A stretch of DNA of 64,000 bases from Eledone cirrhosa (GCA_964016885.1 OZ024746.1:69626001-69690000), one strand, 5' to 3'. Shown: positions 1-13,269, numbered from the stretch's first letter. The notes: a model not told the origin generated them from the letters alone. Translations and numbers: made by a program.

Positions 1-2030
1 GGTGGTAGTAGATGACGGATGCGATGTACGCATTCGCCACCTCCGCTCGACCTTTCAGGGATAGCTTCCTCTCGGCCCATTTCTGGGTGAGAGAAGCCAC
101 CCTGCTCGTCACCTCGTCCCAGTTTTTGTCCGTCTGGAGGTCTGGACCGAACCAGACCCCTAGCAATTTAACCGGTCCGTCCGTCCAGCGCCCGACGACG
201 CTGTTGGACGGCATGGACCTGCCTCTCCAGGTGCCGAGCTGCAGGCCCACTGACTTTTCCTGGTTGATCATTGCTCCTGTCACCGCTTCGTATTCTCTTA
301 GTGTAGTGCCGATCGCCTCGATGTGTTTGGCGTTCGACACCACTACGGTGACATCGTCGGCATATGCTGACACGGATCTTCCGCATCCTAGTTCGCGCGG
401 GACCCCCCTCAACGTCTCCAGTTTGTGCAGTAATGGCTCGAGAGTCAATACGTACAATAGGGACGAGAGGGGACATCCTTGGCGGACCGAGCGCATGATG
501 TTGAACGGTTCCGAAAGGTGACCGTTCACTCTCACTACAGAGCAGATGTCGCTGTGCATGGCAGCGATCCAGCCTCTGAAGACGGGCCCAAAGCCAGCCG
601 CCCTCAGGACTGCCGTTAGGTAACGATGGTCGACCCTATCGAAGGCTTTCGACTGATCTAAATTGATCAAAGACCCACCCGTGCCAGGTTCCCTAGCTAC
701 CCTCTCTACGATGTATCGCATGAGGTGGAGGTTGTCGTGGATGGATCTGTCGGGAATGGCGCATGTCTGTGCCTCTCCCACCAGACCACCAACGACAAGC
801 GCCAACCTCTTTGCTAGCACCTTGGCCAAAATCTTGAACTCTGTGTTTAGCAGAGTTATGGGCCTAAAATTATCTATGTTATCCCCCTTGTTCGGATCCT
901 TTCTCAGCAGCGCCACCGCTCCTCGGCTCACAGAGCTGGGAATTCTCCCGTTCTGTTGCCAGTTGCAGTAGACGTCCGCCAAGAGGCCTCCGAACAAGTT
1001 TGGCATTTGTACGTAAAGTTCATAGGGCAGACCATCCAAACCAGGCGATTTACCCCTTGTGCAACTAGTCATTGCATCCCGTACTTCAGCGGTTGTTATC
1101 GGCTTTTCGCAACACTCCGCCTCAGTGGCCGAAAGCCGCGGCAGTCCGTCGAGGTAGACACTAAAGTCCATCCCTCGATCCGGCCCGCCACTGCCCCCGA
1201 ACAGTTGAGCGAAGTGTCGCTGAAAAGCTTCACACATTTGCCCGGGATCGAGTAGCATGCGCCCGTCATGGTCCACCAAAGACCGGATCGTGGCTTTGTT
1301 GCCACGACGCGCCTCCGCCACTCGGGCCCATTGAACGGCTTTCGTCCCCTCGTGTCTGAGAGCACGCACCCTAGCTCTGACAACGCAGCCTTCGTGCTTT
1401 GCATTGAAGAATTGGTCAAGGACCAATTTCGCCGCAAGTACGTCGGTCGCACATTGGTACATTCGGGAAATCCATTCGGTACCTGTCAGACAGTTCAAAA
1501 CGCCTGAGCAGGTTGGTGAGACTCTTGCACCCTCCTTCCCTATCCACTAATCCCACACAATCCCAGCGTGCATCTAAGATCCCGTTCCAGTCGCCCATTA
1601 ACACTAAAGAGCGGGACGTTCCAAGAAAGGTCTCCAGACTCCGGAAGAAATCAGGCCGCCCTGCTCCTGTCGAGGCATAGACGGCCACTAACCTGAAAGC
1701 TTGCCCGTCTCCGCTGGTCACGTCCAGCACCACCAACTTACCTTCTGGGTCCAGGAAGATGGCCCGTATGGCAAGATCCAAACCTCTCCGAAAAAGCACA
1801 GCAACTCCTCCCCCCGATCCCGGACGGCTGGGAGATGCGTACACATCGTAGCCGCCGAAGATCGGTGCGAAAGCCTGTGCTTCGGAGATTCTGGTCTCGC
1901 TGATGGCCACTACATCTATGTTTAGTGACCTGAGGTCGTTGAGCAGGTGGCCCTGCTTCCATGACGATCCCAAGCCACGCGCATTTATGCTGCCTATTCT
2001 GAGATGGGAAAGACCACTTACCTTACTTTT
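1..2030 (-). pseudogene. LINE ORF2: APE endonuclease plus reverse transcriptase, with a frameshifting deletion at ~1450
   Basis: APE motifs SINARGL, DVVAISETR, GGVAVL, VAVYA, GDWN. A second frame carries KSPGLDGLPYE, the RT core and AYADDV (~367-350), open to the window edge. Confidence 0.9.
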
Positions 2031-3546
2031 CGTAGGGGAAGGACGGCTTTTCCATCCTTTTCACTGCTTGTGGCCTCCTCAGGAAGGATGTCCTTATAAA
2101 TCCTCCTGGAGAGTGCTTGTCGGAAGTCTCCGATGTCTTTGGGGAATTTTTGTTTTGGTGTCATGTACGTTTTCTGTGTGATGCGAGTGATTTGTATGTG
2201 TGGAGGTGGTGTGAATTTTGGGGTTGTTGTGTAGTCTTTTTCTGTGATGCTGGTGTTGTGTTGGATGTAGTGTAATAATTGCTTGTTGTTTAAATTTAAT
2301 GCTGTGTAGTGTGTATCGTTTTGGTTGTTTTGTTTTGTTTGCGTTTGTTGTGGGTTTGTTTCTGTTTCGCATTTTGGTGACTTTTGTGGTGTAGGTGATG
2401 GTGGTGTTGGAGTTAATGATGGTGATGGTGTTGGTGTTTGGGTTGATGGGGTTGGTGATGCTGGTGTGGATGGTGGCATATCTGTCCTAACTTTTTTGTT
2501 TCTTAGTTTATTTGTTTCCCTCTGTATTTTGTTTTTGGAGGGGGAAGGAAGAGAATTTTTTCTTTTTTGGTTTCTTTTTTTTTTTCCGGATATCGTTTCC
2601 CACTCCTCGTCGTCACAATCTGTCTCCAGTTGTGATAGGCCGGGGAGTGGAAAATCCTCCACAGCCGTTAGTTTTGGTTGTGGTGTGGTGGATGGTGTAG
2701 GCGCTGGTGCTAGTTCTGAAGCGTTGGGTGGTGGTGGTGTTGGTTTTGCTGGTGGTAGTAGTGGTGTTGGTTTTGCTACTGTTGCTGGGGTTGTTGCTGT
2801 TATAGTTGCTTCTGCTGTTGCTGCTACAGTTGTTGCTGCCATCTCTGCTACTGGTGGTGTTGATGGTTGTGTCACTGGAGTGGGTAGGAGAGGTGGCCTC
2901 AACCTTTTAGCCTGAGGGCAGAAAGCCCTTAGGTGGGTTCCTTCGCGATTTTACATTTATTGTTCTATACGACACGGTGCACAGGCGCCGATGCTCCATT
3001 TTATTAGGTGTGGGGGGGGAGGCTGACCCTGTACCCATCTTTCTTTACCATTTGTATGGCATTTTCTAATTCTTCTTGAGTTACCGTGAACGCTTCGAAT
3101 TGTTTTGCTACGATGGCGAAACTGAGGGTCGGTTTTATAATGTCATTGTTGTTGTTGTTGCTATCGTTATTTGTGTTAATCTTAATTTTTGTTTCAGTTG
3201 TGGTGGTGGTGACGTCATTCGTCTTTGGTGCGGAAGAGTCCATTTTGCTTGATTTCATTTCGACATCACGAGTTAATTTATTTTTTTCTTCTTTTGTTTC
3301 TGTTGTCGCGGTGGTGGTGGGGGTGGTGGTTGTCGCGGTGGTGGTGGTGGTGGAGGCTTTAACACCTGCAGTCATTGGTAATGGCGGGAAATGAATGTCT
3401 GCCTGAGACAAATTTAAAATATTGCTACTGCTTATATATTTTTTTGTGTTGGCAAACGTAGTAACATTTACAATGGTGGTGTCGGTGTGAGGTGTTATTT
3501 TGTGAGGAAGGCTTTCAGCTGCTTCGTGCATAGGGGAATTAGCCAT
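2018..3546 (-). pseudogene. LINE ORF1 (gag-like), internally deleted
   Basis: ATG at 3546 and a T/N-rich N-terminus. A break at ~3004-2945 is followed by a zinc-knuckle remnant (HLRAFCP, ~2935-2915), a P/T/K-rich C-terminus and a stop at 2018, just upstream of the APE domain. Confidence 0.7.
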
Positions 3547-3776
3547 TTTTTCAAAGAAAATTTTGGATAATAATAAAAGTTAAAATTTTGGGCACAAGGC
3601 CCCAATCTTTTTGGGTGTCCTTTTCGGAAAACAATGTATGTGTGCTTATAAACAGTTAACAATAAAATTTTCCATAAATGGCAATTTTTAACAAACGGAA
3701 ATAACAAACCTTTGCGGAGCTCACGATGATACGATTTACTACGTAGGTCGCCAATAATAATAATAATAATAATAAT

Positions 3777-5540
3777 GTGATCTTCAAGGTGGCAGATAAC
3801 ATCAGACAGTTGTTGGGCAAAAGTATGAAGTCCTGGGAAACAAAGTTAACATCAACTGGAGAATCCTTGGGAAGCGTGAAGATCAAGAGAGGTATCTTCC
3901 AGGGAGATAGTCTGTCCCCTCTGTTGTTTGTCCTTGCCCTGATGCCCCTGACCAGTGTACTGCGAAAAGTGAGAGCAGTATACAGGTTGGGAAAGGGAGG
4001 GCTTACCATCAATCACCTCCTCTTCATGGACGATCTTAAGCTCTTCGGGAAAAGTGAGAAGGAGTTGGATGTGCTTGTTGACACTGTCCGTATTTTCAGC
4101 AATGATATATGTATGCAATTTGGTATTAGTAAGTGTGGAGTCCTTGTGATGAGGAGGGGTAAGTTGAGCAGAAGTAACGGAATCCAGATACCAACAGGTG
4201 AGATGATAAAGGAAATTTACTCTGAGGAAGGATACAAGTATTTGGGCGTTCTGGAGGCTGATGACATCAAGAACAAAATAATGAAGGAATTGATAAGAAC
4301 TGAATACCTTCGGAGAGTAAGGAGCGTATTAAAGTCACATCTGAACAGTAGGAATGCCATAAGTGCAGTAAATTCCCGAGCTGTGTCTATTATTAGGTAC
4401 AGTGCGGGAATTCTGAGATGGAATGTTGCTGAACAAAAAGAAATGGATAGGAAGACTAGGAAGCTATTGACTATCTACAACATGTTCCACAAGAGGAGTG
4501 ATGTCGATAGACTCTACTTAAGGAGATCTGAAGGTGGAAGAGGTCTTATCAGCATAGAGGACTGTGTTCAGATGGAGAAAAACAACCTACACAAATACGT
4601 GACTGATAGTAAGGAGCCAATGCTCAGAATTGTACTGAAGGAGAGGACAATAGACCAGAGGATGTCCAAGGAGCAAATAACAACAAGGAGAAAGAGCAGC
4701 CTTCATGAAAAATCCCTTCATAGTGCCTTCTTTGAGAAAACTGAATTCAGATATCCACAGACATGGAACTAGTTGAAAAGAGGAGACCTTAAAAAGGCTA
4801 CAGAAGGAATGCTAATGGCTGCGCAAGAGCAGGCCCTCAAAACGAAGTGGTTGAAACACCATATTTACAAGGAGGAGGCTAGCCCACTGTGCAGGATCTG
4901 TGGAGATAGAGAGGAAACTGTGACTCACATTGTATCCGAGTGTAAACATCTAGCCCAGACTCACTATAAAGGCTGGAGACATGATGTGATGGGCAGGGTG
5001 ATCCACTGGCACCTATGCAAAGTAAACAATTTACCACATTCTGAGAAGTGGTATGAGCATAAGCCAGAGTCGGTGATAGAAAACGATCAGTTGAAGGTGC
5101 TGTGGGATTTTAGGATACAGACGGACAAGAAACTGGAACACAATAGACCTGACCTGGTGGTTTTGGACAAGGAAAAAAGATCGTCCCTGATTGTGGATGT
5201 GGCCTGCCCATTCGACACGAGAGTGCAAGAGAAGGAGATGGAGAAAATTAACCGATACCAGGACTTAAAGTGGGAGTTAAAAAGGATTTGAAACTGCCAT
5301 GAAGTCAAAGTGGTCCCGATTGTCATAGGCGCACTAGGTACTATCTCAAAGATTTTCCAGGGATGGTTAAAGAAAATTGGCCCCGCCCCGCTTTTTGGAA
5401 CACTTCAAAAGGCATGCTTGCTGGGAACAGCAAGAACCCTCCGATACGTCCTGAATATCCGAGGCTGCAGGTAGTGGCTTGATATTCATTTCAACAAACT
5501 TTCCAGTTAACTAACATCAATGACTGAGACTCAAAGAACA
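3777..5540 (+). mobile_element. R4/Dong-clade non-LTR retrotransposon (RT, CCHC, restriction-like endonuclease), 5'-truncated, with two premature stops
   Basis: RGIFQGDSLSP, HLLFMDDLKL, CRIC-x8-H-x4-C, RHD, RPDLVV..DV..P.D..EK..RY. Stops at 4770 and 5289, with the frame ending at ~5474. (AAT)n on both sides (3753-3776, 5540-5559). Confidence 0.92.
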
Positions 5541-5590
5541 ATAATAATAATAATAATAAAGCCATATTAAGGAACCACTCATAATAATAA

Positions 5591-8310
5591 CAATTTAAAA
5601 AACAAAAAAAAACTCGTGACCAAGAAATACCGGATGGCGTCTGGCGGGGAATAGCCGTGTCTCAAAGGGAGGACGACCCCTCCAGTCTTGTTTGATACTC
5701 GTCCTAGGAGTGGTAACTCGAATTCATTACTCCTTGGCAGTTAAGGATAAAACGCAACAAAATATATCCAATGTTAAATGATAAAAACTCATACCGGATC
5801 GGCTGTCACCCGGGTCAAAAAGGGCCGCGCCCCTCAGAGAGGACCCAACCTGAGGTCGAAAAATCAGCTAATGGTTCAAACCTTCCCATAAATTCGGAGC
5901 TGGAGACCTCCTATAACCGGAATACTCCTACTGATGGCCCTCCATGCTCACCACCAAGAAATCCAAAGAAAAAGAGAGAAAAATGGTCAAGGGAAGACAA
6001 TAAAGAAGTCCTTGAGACTTTCTACACTGCCATGTACTACCCATCAAATAGATCGAATACAGAACAGACATATTTTAACTGGAAAAAGAAACATCCCGAA
6101 AACAGAGACTATATTGACAGTAACAAACTAGCTAATATACGAAGACACATTGTTAAGAAGTTACTAACTGACATAGAAATTGATCAGATCAAGCAATTAG
6201 TATAAAGTCAGCGAAGGGAAAATGAAACATGTGTCAGTGAAAACGAAGTAAATTGTAACACCTTAAATCCCAGGGTCGGGGCGGAATCACTGACAGCAGA
6301 AGAAATTAAAGAAAGGATCGAAAAAGTGGAAAGAGTGTATGCTCAAGATGAAACTCAAAATGAAAACAATGAGATCATCAATGATAAAGAAATGAATGTG
6401 AATGAAGTCGCCAACTTGAAGAATGAAATTATGATCGAATGGATGAAAATGAAAGAATCTGACATGGGGGAACGAGACACCCTCCCTAAGATCCAAAACT
6501 CCAACCAAAACCAATGGATAATACGCAAGACTAACATAGCTCTCAAAGACATTATCATCACAAACAAACTAAACATTACTGATATAAATCATATCTACTA
6601 TGCATTGGCTAAAGTCACCACTCACTTATGTGGAGTGAAAATGAAAAAACAAAGGAATGCCCACAAAAAACCTACTTGGCAAGAGAACATCAATTGCCAA
6701 ATGAACCTTCTCCGATCTGACATAGAAATTTTAGCAAACTACAAAGTAGGTGAACATGTTAAACAAACTAAACTTAGAAAATTGAAAAGAAAATACAGTA
6801 TAAAATCAACAAGCGACATAGATACGATGATAGAAACAATCAAGCAAAAAGTGTCGGCCAAAGCTGCTCGAATAAGGCGCTTTGAAAAACGCTCTAGATT
6901 CTATATGGACAATAATATGTTCAAAAACAACCAAAAAATCTTCTACAGAAAAATTGGCAAGTCAACAATAAATGCTAAATCAATACCACCCAAGGAGGAA
7001 GTGCAAGAATTCTAGGAAAAGATCTGGGCCGAAGAAAAAGTTCATAATATACATGCCCCATGGATAGACAGACAAATGAAAAGATACAGCTCACCTTGAA
7101 GAACAAACATGGGAAAATATATCAGTTGAACATCTGCGTTTAGCTCTTAGAAACTCCAGCAAATGGAAATCCCCAGGGAAAGACAAAATACCAAATGTTT
7201 GGATAAATGCCTTCACAGAGTCTCATGAGCTGTTAGCCCAACTTTACAATGAAATTGTTAAGGAACGAGAAAAGATACCATCATGGCTAGTTAACGGCAT
7301 TACATTCCTACTTCCGAAGAATGATGAGACAAATAATCCCAAAAATTACAGACCGATAACTTGCTTGATCACATTGTATAAAATTTTAGCATCAGTCCTA
7401 ACTGAATATACATATGATCACCTGATAACAAATGATCTATTTCCCAATGAGCAGAAAGAGTGTAAACGAGGCTCATATGGCTGTAAGGATCAGCTTTTGA
7501 TTAACAAAATGATACAGGAAGATTGTCATAATAGACACAAAAATCTATCAATTGCTTGGATAGAGTACAAAAAGCATTCGATAGTTTGCCACACAGTTGG
7601 ATTGAAAAGTATTTAGAGATTTTCAAAATATCTCCCGTTGTCAGGGGGTTCCTGTCATTCATTATGAAAAGATGGAAAACGACACTCCTTTTGAATAGTG
7701 AAAAGAAATCACTGGAAACTGGAGAAGTTGATACTAATTGTGGAATTTTTCAGGGTGACTCTTTATTACCGCTTTTATTTTGCATCACACTTATTCCATT
7801 AAGTAAAATGCTCAATGAAACATGGATATAATGTCTATGACAAAATCATTAATCACTTGTTCTACATGGATTACCTAAAACTATTTGTAAGAAATGATGA
7901 GCAATTGCAACGTCTATTATCCACTGTGAAGCAGTTCAGTGATGATATTAAAATGGAGTTTGGACTAGATAAATGTTGGACTAGATAAATGTTCATCAGA
8001 GGAAAGCTGTTCAGACATTAATCTTGATCGGGAAAATGTGATAAGAGAACTTGATCAAGAGGAAACTTACAAATATCTAGGTGTTTGTGAAGGAGACGGA
8101 ATCAAGCACTCGACAATGAGGGAAAAGATAAGGAAGGAATGTTACCGCAGAGTAAGAGCAATCTTAAGAACGGAGTTGAATGCAAGGAGGAGGATCGATG
8201 CCATAAACACGTTTGCCACACCAGTAGTAACTTACAGTTTCAATGTCATCAACTGGTCAAGCATAGAGATCAGTAGGTTCGATACAAAAATTCGAAAATT
8301 CTTAACCATG
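5591..8310 (+). mobile_element. Second, divergent R4/Dong-clade element with 5'UTR and N-terminus, decayed and 3'-deleted
   Basis: N-terminal KWSREDNKEV..LANIRRHIVKK, then WKSPG.DKI, NYRPITCL, GSYGCKDQLLIN, GIFQGDSL, HLFYMD and YKYLG, split by stops and frameshifts. Begins after (AAT)n at 5581-5590. Confidence 0.88.
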
Positions 8311-9288
8311 CTTTCTCATTCAGGGATGTTGATAGGGCTTGCAGATCTGCACTGTCTTCAGCGATCAAAGCGATGTCGTCGGTGAATGCCAGCTCCCTCA
8401 TCCTCCACGGGATTCCTCGACCGGGTTTTTCCTCTATTCCTCTTAGCACGAAATTGACTGCCAACAGGAACAACAGCGGAGAGAGAATGCAACCCTGTTT
8501 GACTCTGGAGATAATGTCAAAGAACTCTGTCACACCGGACTCAGTTTGCACGCAACAGCTGGAGTTTGCGTACCGGGCCTTGAAAATGGCGATGAATCTT
8601 GCAGGAATGCTGCATGAGTGCGCGATATTCCACAGCGATTCCCGATGCACACTGTCGAATGCTTTCTGGAAGTCAATGAAGTTGACCGCCAAAGGGTGCT
8701 GGGACTCGAGGATGTTGCGTAGTGTAAAGATCTGTTCGGTGCAAGATCGATTGTTTCGGAAGCCGGCTAATTCTTCCCGGAACACATCGTGAGGGAGTTG
8801 ATGGGAGTGTCGAGCGGTGCCAACATGCCAGTGAAAGACAAAAATGGCAAGACATCGACCACTGGAGCAGAACAGGGCCAGAGATGGATAGAGCACTTCC
8901 AGGAGATGCTGAACCAACCTGATAGACTTGACCGCAGAGACTCCAGCAATTGCTGCGGTACCCAAGGTCTCCGAGGAACAAATTAACCAGCAGGAGACGA
9001 GAGATGCGATCAGCGACTTGAGGAACGGCAAAGCAGGCGGGCTGGATGAGATCTCTACAGAGTTGCTCAAATTCAGTGAGGATAGCATGATAATGGCGTT
9101 GACAAACTTGATGAACCACCGCTGGAGGTTGGTCGGGTTCCTCTCGAGTGGCAACGTGGTATCATCGTCAAACTGCCTAAGAAGGGAAACCTGCTTGACT
9201 ACAATAACTGGCGCGGTATCACACAGCTGTCAGTCCCAGGCAAGGCGTATGCACTGTGCTGCTGCGTCGACTCCGGCAGGCTGTCAAC
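8311..9288 (-). mobile_element. RTE-like LINE RT fragment with an inverted 5' segment
   Basis: 8790->8311 (-): REELAGFR, FIDFQKAFDSV, KQGCILSP, FTDDIAL. 8790->9288 (+): RWIEHF, GKAGGLDEI, LPKKGNL, NWRGITQLSVPGK. Confidence 0.85.
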
Positions 9289-9692
<404 letters not shown>

Positions 9693-9697
<5 letters not shown>

Positions 9698-10534
9698 TTA
9701 AAATACCGTCACACATAGAACAAGTCTATAATCAACCATACAACCGAAGAATTGCGATCTGGAAGATTCGGGACACTCAGATAAAAAATCAATAAATCAA
9801 TAAATCAAATGAATGTAAAAAGCATACCTGGACCCGCTAGAAAGATGGTAAATCTAGCTTCTTGGGTTTCTGTAAATCCTTAAACTGTCCTCTATCAGCT
9901 CACATAAAAATATATAAGACTTCTAGGTGCCAGCGGACAGGAGTTTACTTCCTCAACGAGCTTTGTCCAAACGAATGAAAAGGCATAACCCAGGCTAAAT
10001 ACGCACATGGAATTCAGCAAGGGAGATAACCTCTATATCCGCGAAAAATATTCGGGAAAATGTGGAAAAACACATATCGAATAAGAGTGCTCAATAGACA
10101 TGTTAAAATAAACAGGAGCTATTCATCATTTAATAGAATCGACAAAAAATGAACAATAAAATTAACTGGTCAATAGCTAGGTCTAGAGCTAAATATAGTA
10201 GAATAATCGAGTATCGAAAAATCGGCGCACGAGTTCACGATAAACAAAATTCGATATGAGCGGCAGAGGGCTTAATAATTTAGATAAATCAGAGCTATAA
10301 CTATCGTTAAAATACCATCACACATAGAACAAGTCTATAATCAACCATACAACCGAAGAATTGCGATCTGGAAGATTCGGGACACTCAGATAAAAAATCA
10401 ATAAATCAATAAATCAAATGAATGTAAAAAGCATACCCGGACCCGCTAGAAAGATGGTAAATCTAGCTTCTTGGGTTTCTGTAAATCCTTAAACTGTCCT
10501 CTATCAGCTCACATAAAAATATATAAGACTTCTA
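9693..10534. repeat. ~233-bp direct repeats (9693-9925, 10302-10534) bracketing ~375 bp, embedded in (TA)n
   Basis: Near-identical copies at offset 609. Confidence 0.9.
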
Positions 10535-10665
10535 TATATATATATATATATATATGACACACACACATATATATATACGTAAAAGGTAAACAGAAATAAC
10601 AACACAATCGGTACAGTATATGGAAGGAATATATTAGGTTAATGCTTGATATAGTAGGAAGAGGG

Positions 10666-10700
10666 TTTTAACGTTTCGGACGATAATCCTTCATCAGAAG
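10666..10700 (-). ncRNA. Minimal type I hammerhead-like motif (Penelope-like terminus), weak stem I
   Basis: Minus strand reads CTGATGA-A-GGAT-TATC-GTCC-GAAACGTT. Paralogue at 37369-37404. Confidence 0.55.
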
Positions 10701-10777
10701 TAAGAATGAGAAATAAAATAGATTGAGGGGACGGGCAGGCTGGAATTGAAAAAATGTATTTAGATAAAAATAACAGG

Positions 10778-10902
<125 letters not shown>

Positions 10903-11561
10903 TACATGCATATATGTGTATGCGTGTATGTATGTACGTTTGTTGACGCTATATCTTTGAAGCATGCTTTATAACATTGTCTATAAACTATATATGAATA
11001 AATAAATACAACGGGGGACGGCGAAAGGGACGCACTGGAACAGCCACTCGACCGCGTGGGCTCGCACCTAAAGGCGGCGAACTCTGTCCCGATAGCAGCG
11101 AGTAGGGATGTGGTCCGGTGGGAGCTATACAGCGAGTGATACTTGGCTTTATAACTATAGATTATATTTCCGTCAATTTTCCGGGACTGTAACAGGTACT
11201 TTATTTAACGACCCAGAAAGGATGATAGGCAAAGCTGGCGCCGGGGTATTTGAACTCAAGGCGCAGAGAAACTAACAAAAAACAAAAAAAAACATTTATT
11301 TTGGTTATATTCTTGGTTTAGTTTTTTTTTCTTTGAAACATTTTTTTTATAATTTATTTATTTATTTATTTATTTATTGGATCAAGTATGATATTTGTAG
11401 AAATTTGTCGAAAAAAACCCAAATTCTACAAATTTCATACTTGACGACCCGATAATTTATTTAACTGTCATGTCACTTATTATTTTAGTGTTTAATAAAA
11501 TACCAGTAATACACTGGTGTAATTGCTGACCTTGTGACAAAAGTAGAAACTCTAGGGTGAT

Positions 11562-11750
11562 TGATTGGCAGTATTGGTAGAGGGTCGGACACCATGCTTT
11601 GCAGCATAAAGTTACGGCCCTTTATGGTATGAGTTCAAATCCCGCCGAAGTTAACTTTGCCTTTCATCCTTACGGGGTCGATAAAATAAAGTACCAGTAA
11701 TACACTAGCATAATCGCTGGCCTTGTGCCAAAAGTAGAAACAATTATTTT
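11562..11750 (+). mobile_element. tRNA-derived SINE (Meta-domain-like core)
   Basis: Box A TGGCAGTATTGG, box B GAGTTCAAATCCC, core GCCTTTCATCCTTACGGGGTCGATAAAATAAAGTACCAG, tail GGCCTTGTGCCAAAAGTAGAAACAATTATT. Confidence 0.85.
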
Positions 11751-12336
11751 AGTGTTTTCAGTCATTCGATTACGTCCATGCTGGGGCACGCAGTCTACCG
11801 TATTCCCGCCAATATTTTATTCTTTCAAGTCTGGCACATTTTCTTTTAATGTATTCCTGTCGAAACGCAAAGCTACAGGACATAGACAAAACAGAACTGA
11901 TTAAGTGGTGGACACGTAAAGATATACAGACACACACGTGCATACGCACATATATATATATGTCTTTGCGTGCTATTGTTCTCCACGCTCCACATATGAC
12001 GTATTATCTTCGTTTTTTCGTTCATTGCCAGAGAACGTCTCTATGCACCACCTAAGAGAACATTAGTCTACGACCTCTTTTATACCATAAACGTGGTTCT
12101 GTCTTTGCGCGTAATTGTTTTTCACCGCTCCTATTAATGACGTATTATTCGTTTTTTCCCGTTCTTTGCCAGCGAACGTTTCCACGAACTAAAGTATCGT
12201 CTTCCTGTCTTCCTCTGGTTGCAACGTTTTTTGAAATATCCAGTTCTGCGTTTACAGATTGACTTTGTTAGTTTCAGAAGATCCCGTTAAGGGTGAAAGC
12301 AGCGTTTCTTTGCTTAAACTTTAAACTGTTATTTTA

Positions 12337-12371
<35 letters not shown>

Positions 12372-12394
<23 letters not shown>

Positions 12395-13269
12395 CTGTGT
12401 GTGTTTGTGTGTCTGTGAGTCTGTGTGTGTATGTGTGTCTGTGTGTGTGTCTGTGTGTGTGTTTGTGTGTGCGTGTGTGTGTGTGTCTGTGTGTGTCTGT
12501 GTGTGTCTGTGTGTGTTTGTGTGTCTGTGTGTTTGTGTATATGTCTGTGTATGTGTGTGTATGTCTGTCTGTGTGTGTGTATGTGTGTGCGTGTGTGTGT
12601 GTCTGTGTGTGTGTCTGTGAGTCTGTGTGTCAGTGTGTGTGTGTATGCGTGTATGTGTGTGTGTGTCAGTGTGTTTATGTATATGTGTGTCTGTGTGTGT
12701 TTGTGTGTCTGTGTGTTTGTGTATATGTCTGCGTATGTGTGCGTCTGCGTGTCTGTGTGTGTGTATGTGTGTGCGTGTGTTTGTGTGTCTGTGTGTGTCT
12801 GTGTGTCTGTGTGTGTGTATGTGTGTGCGTGTGTTTGTGTGTCTGTGTGTGTGTCTGTGAGTCTGTGTGTCAGTGTGTGTGTGTGTATGTGTGTATGTGT
12901 GTGTGTCTGTGTGTGTGTCAGTGTGTTTGTGTATATGTGTGTCTGTGTGTGTTTGTGTGTCTGTGTGTGTGTCTGTGTGTGTGTGTATATGTCTGTGTAT
13001 GTGTGTGTCTGTGTGTCTGTGTCAGTGTGTGTGTGCGTATGTGTGTGTGTGTGTGTGTTTGTGTGTGCGTATGTTTGTGTGTCTGTGTGTGTGTCTGTGA
13101 GTCTGTGTGTCAGTGTATGTGTGTATGTGTGTGTGTCTGTATGTGTCAGTGTGTTTGTGTATGTGTGTGTCTGTGTGTGTTTGTGTGTCTGTGTGTGAGC
13201 GTGTCTGTGTTTGTGTGTGTGTGTGCGTGTGCGTCTGTGTGTTTGTCTATATGTCTCTGTATGTGTGCA

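Larger units (their letters stand above)
1..3752 (-). mobile_element. Tx1/L1-clade non-LTR retrotransposon, 5' part (5'UTR, ORF1, ORF2 APE-RT); 3' end runs off the window
   Basis: Minus strand carries ORF1 pieces, an APE domain and an RT frame co-linear with the 13483-15762 protein. The apparent 5' end abuts (AAT)n at 3753. Confidence 0.9.

Noticed and set aside
12-1507. Plus-strand ORFs at 12-521, 663-971, 956-1255 and 1268-1507
   Set aside because: Antisense shadows of the LINE RT frame.
11562-11650. Box A/B sequences as tRNA genes
   Set aside because: They are heads of a multicopy SINE with a conserved body and tail, and no cloverleaf is evident.
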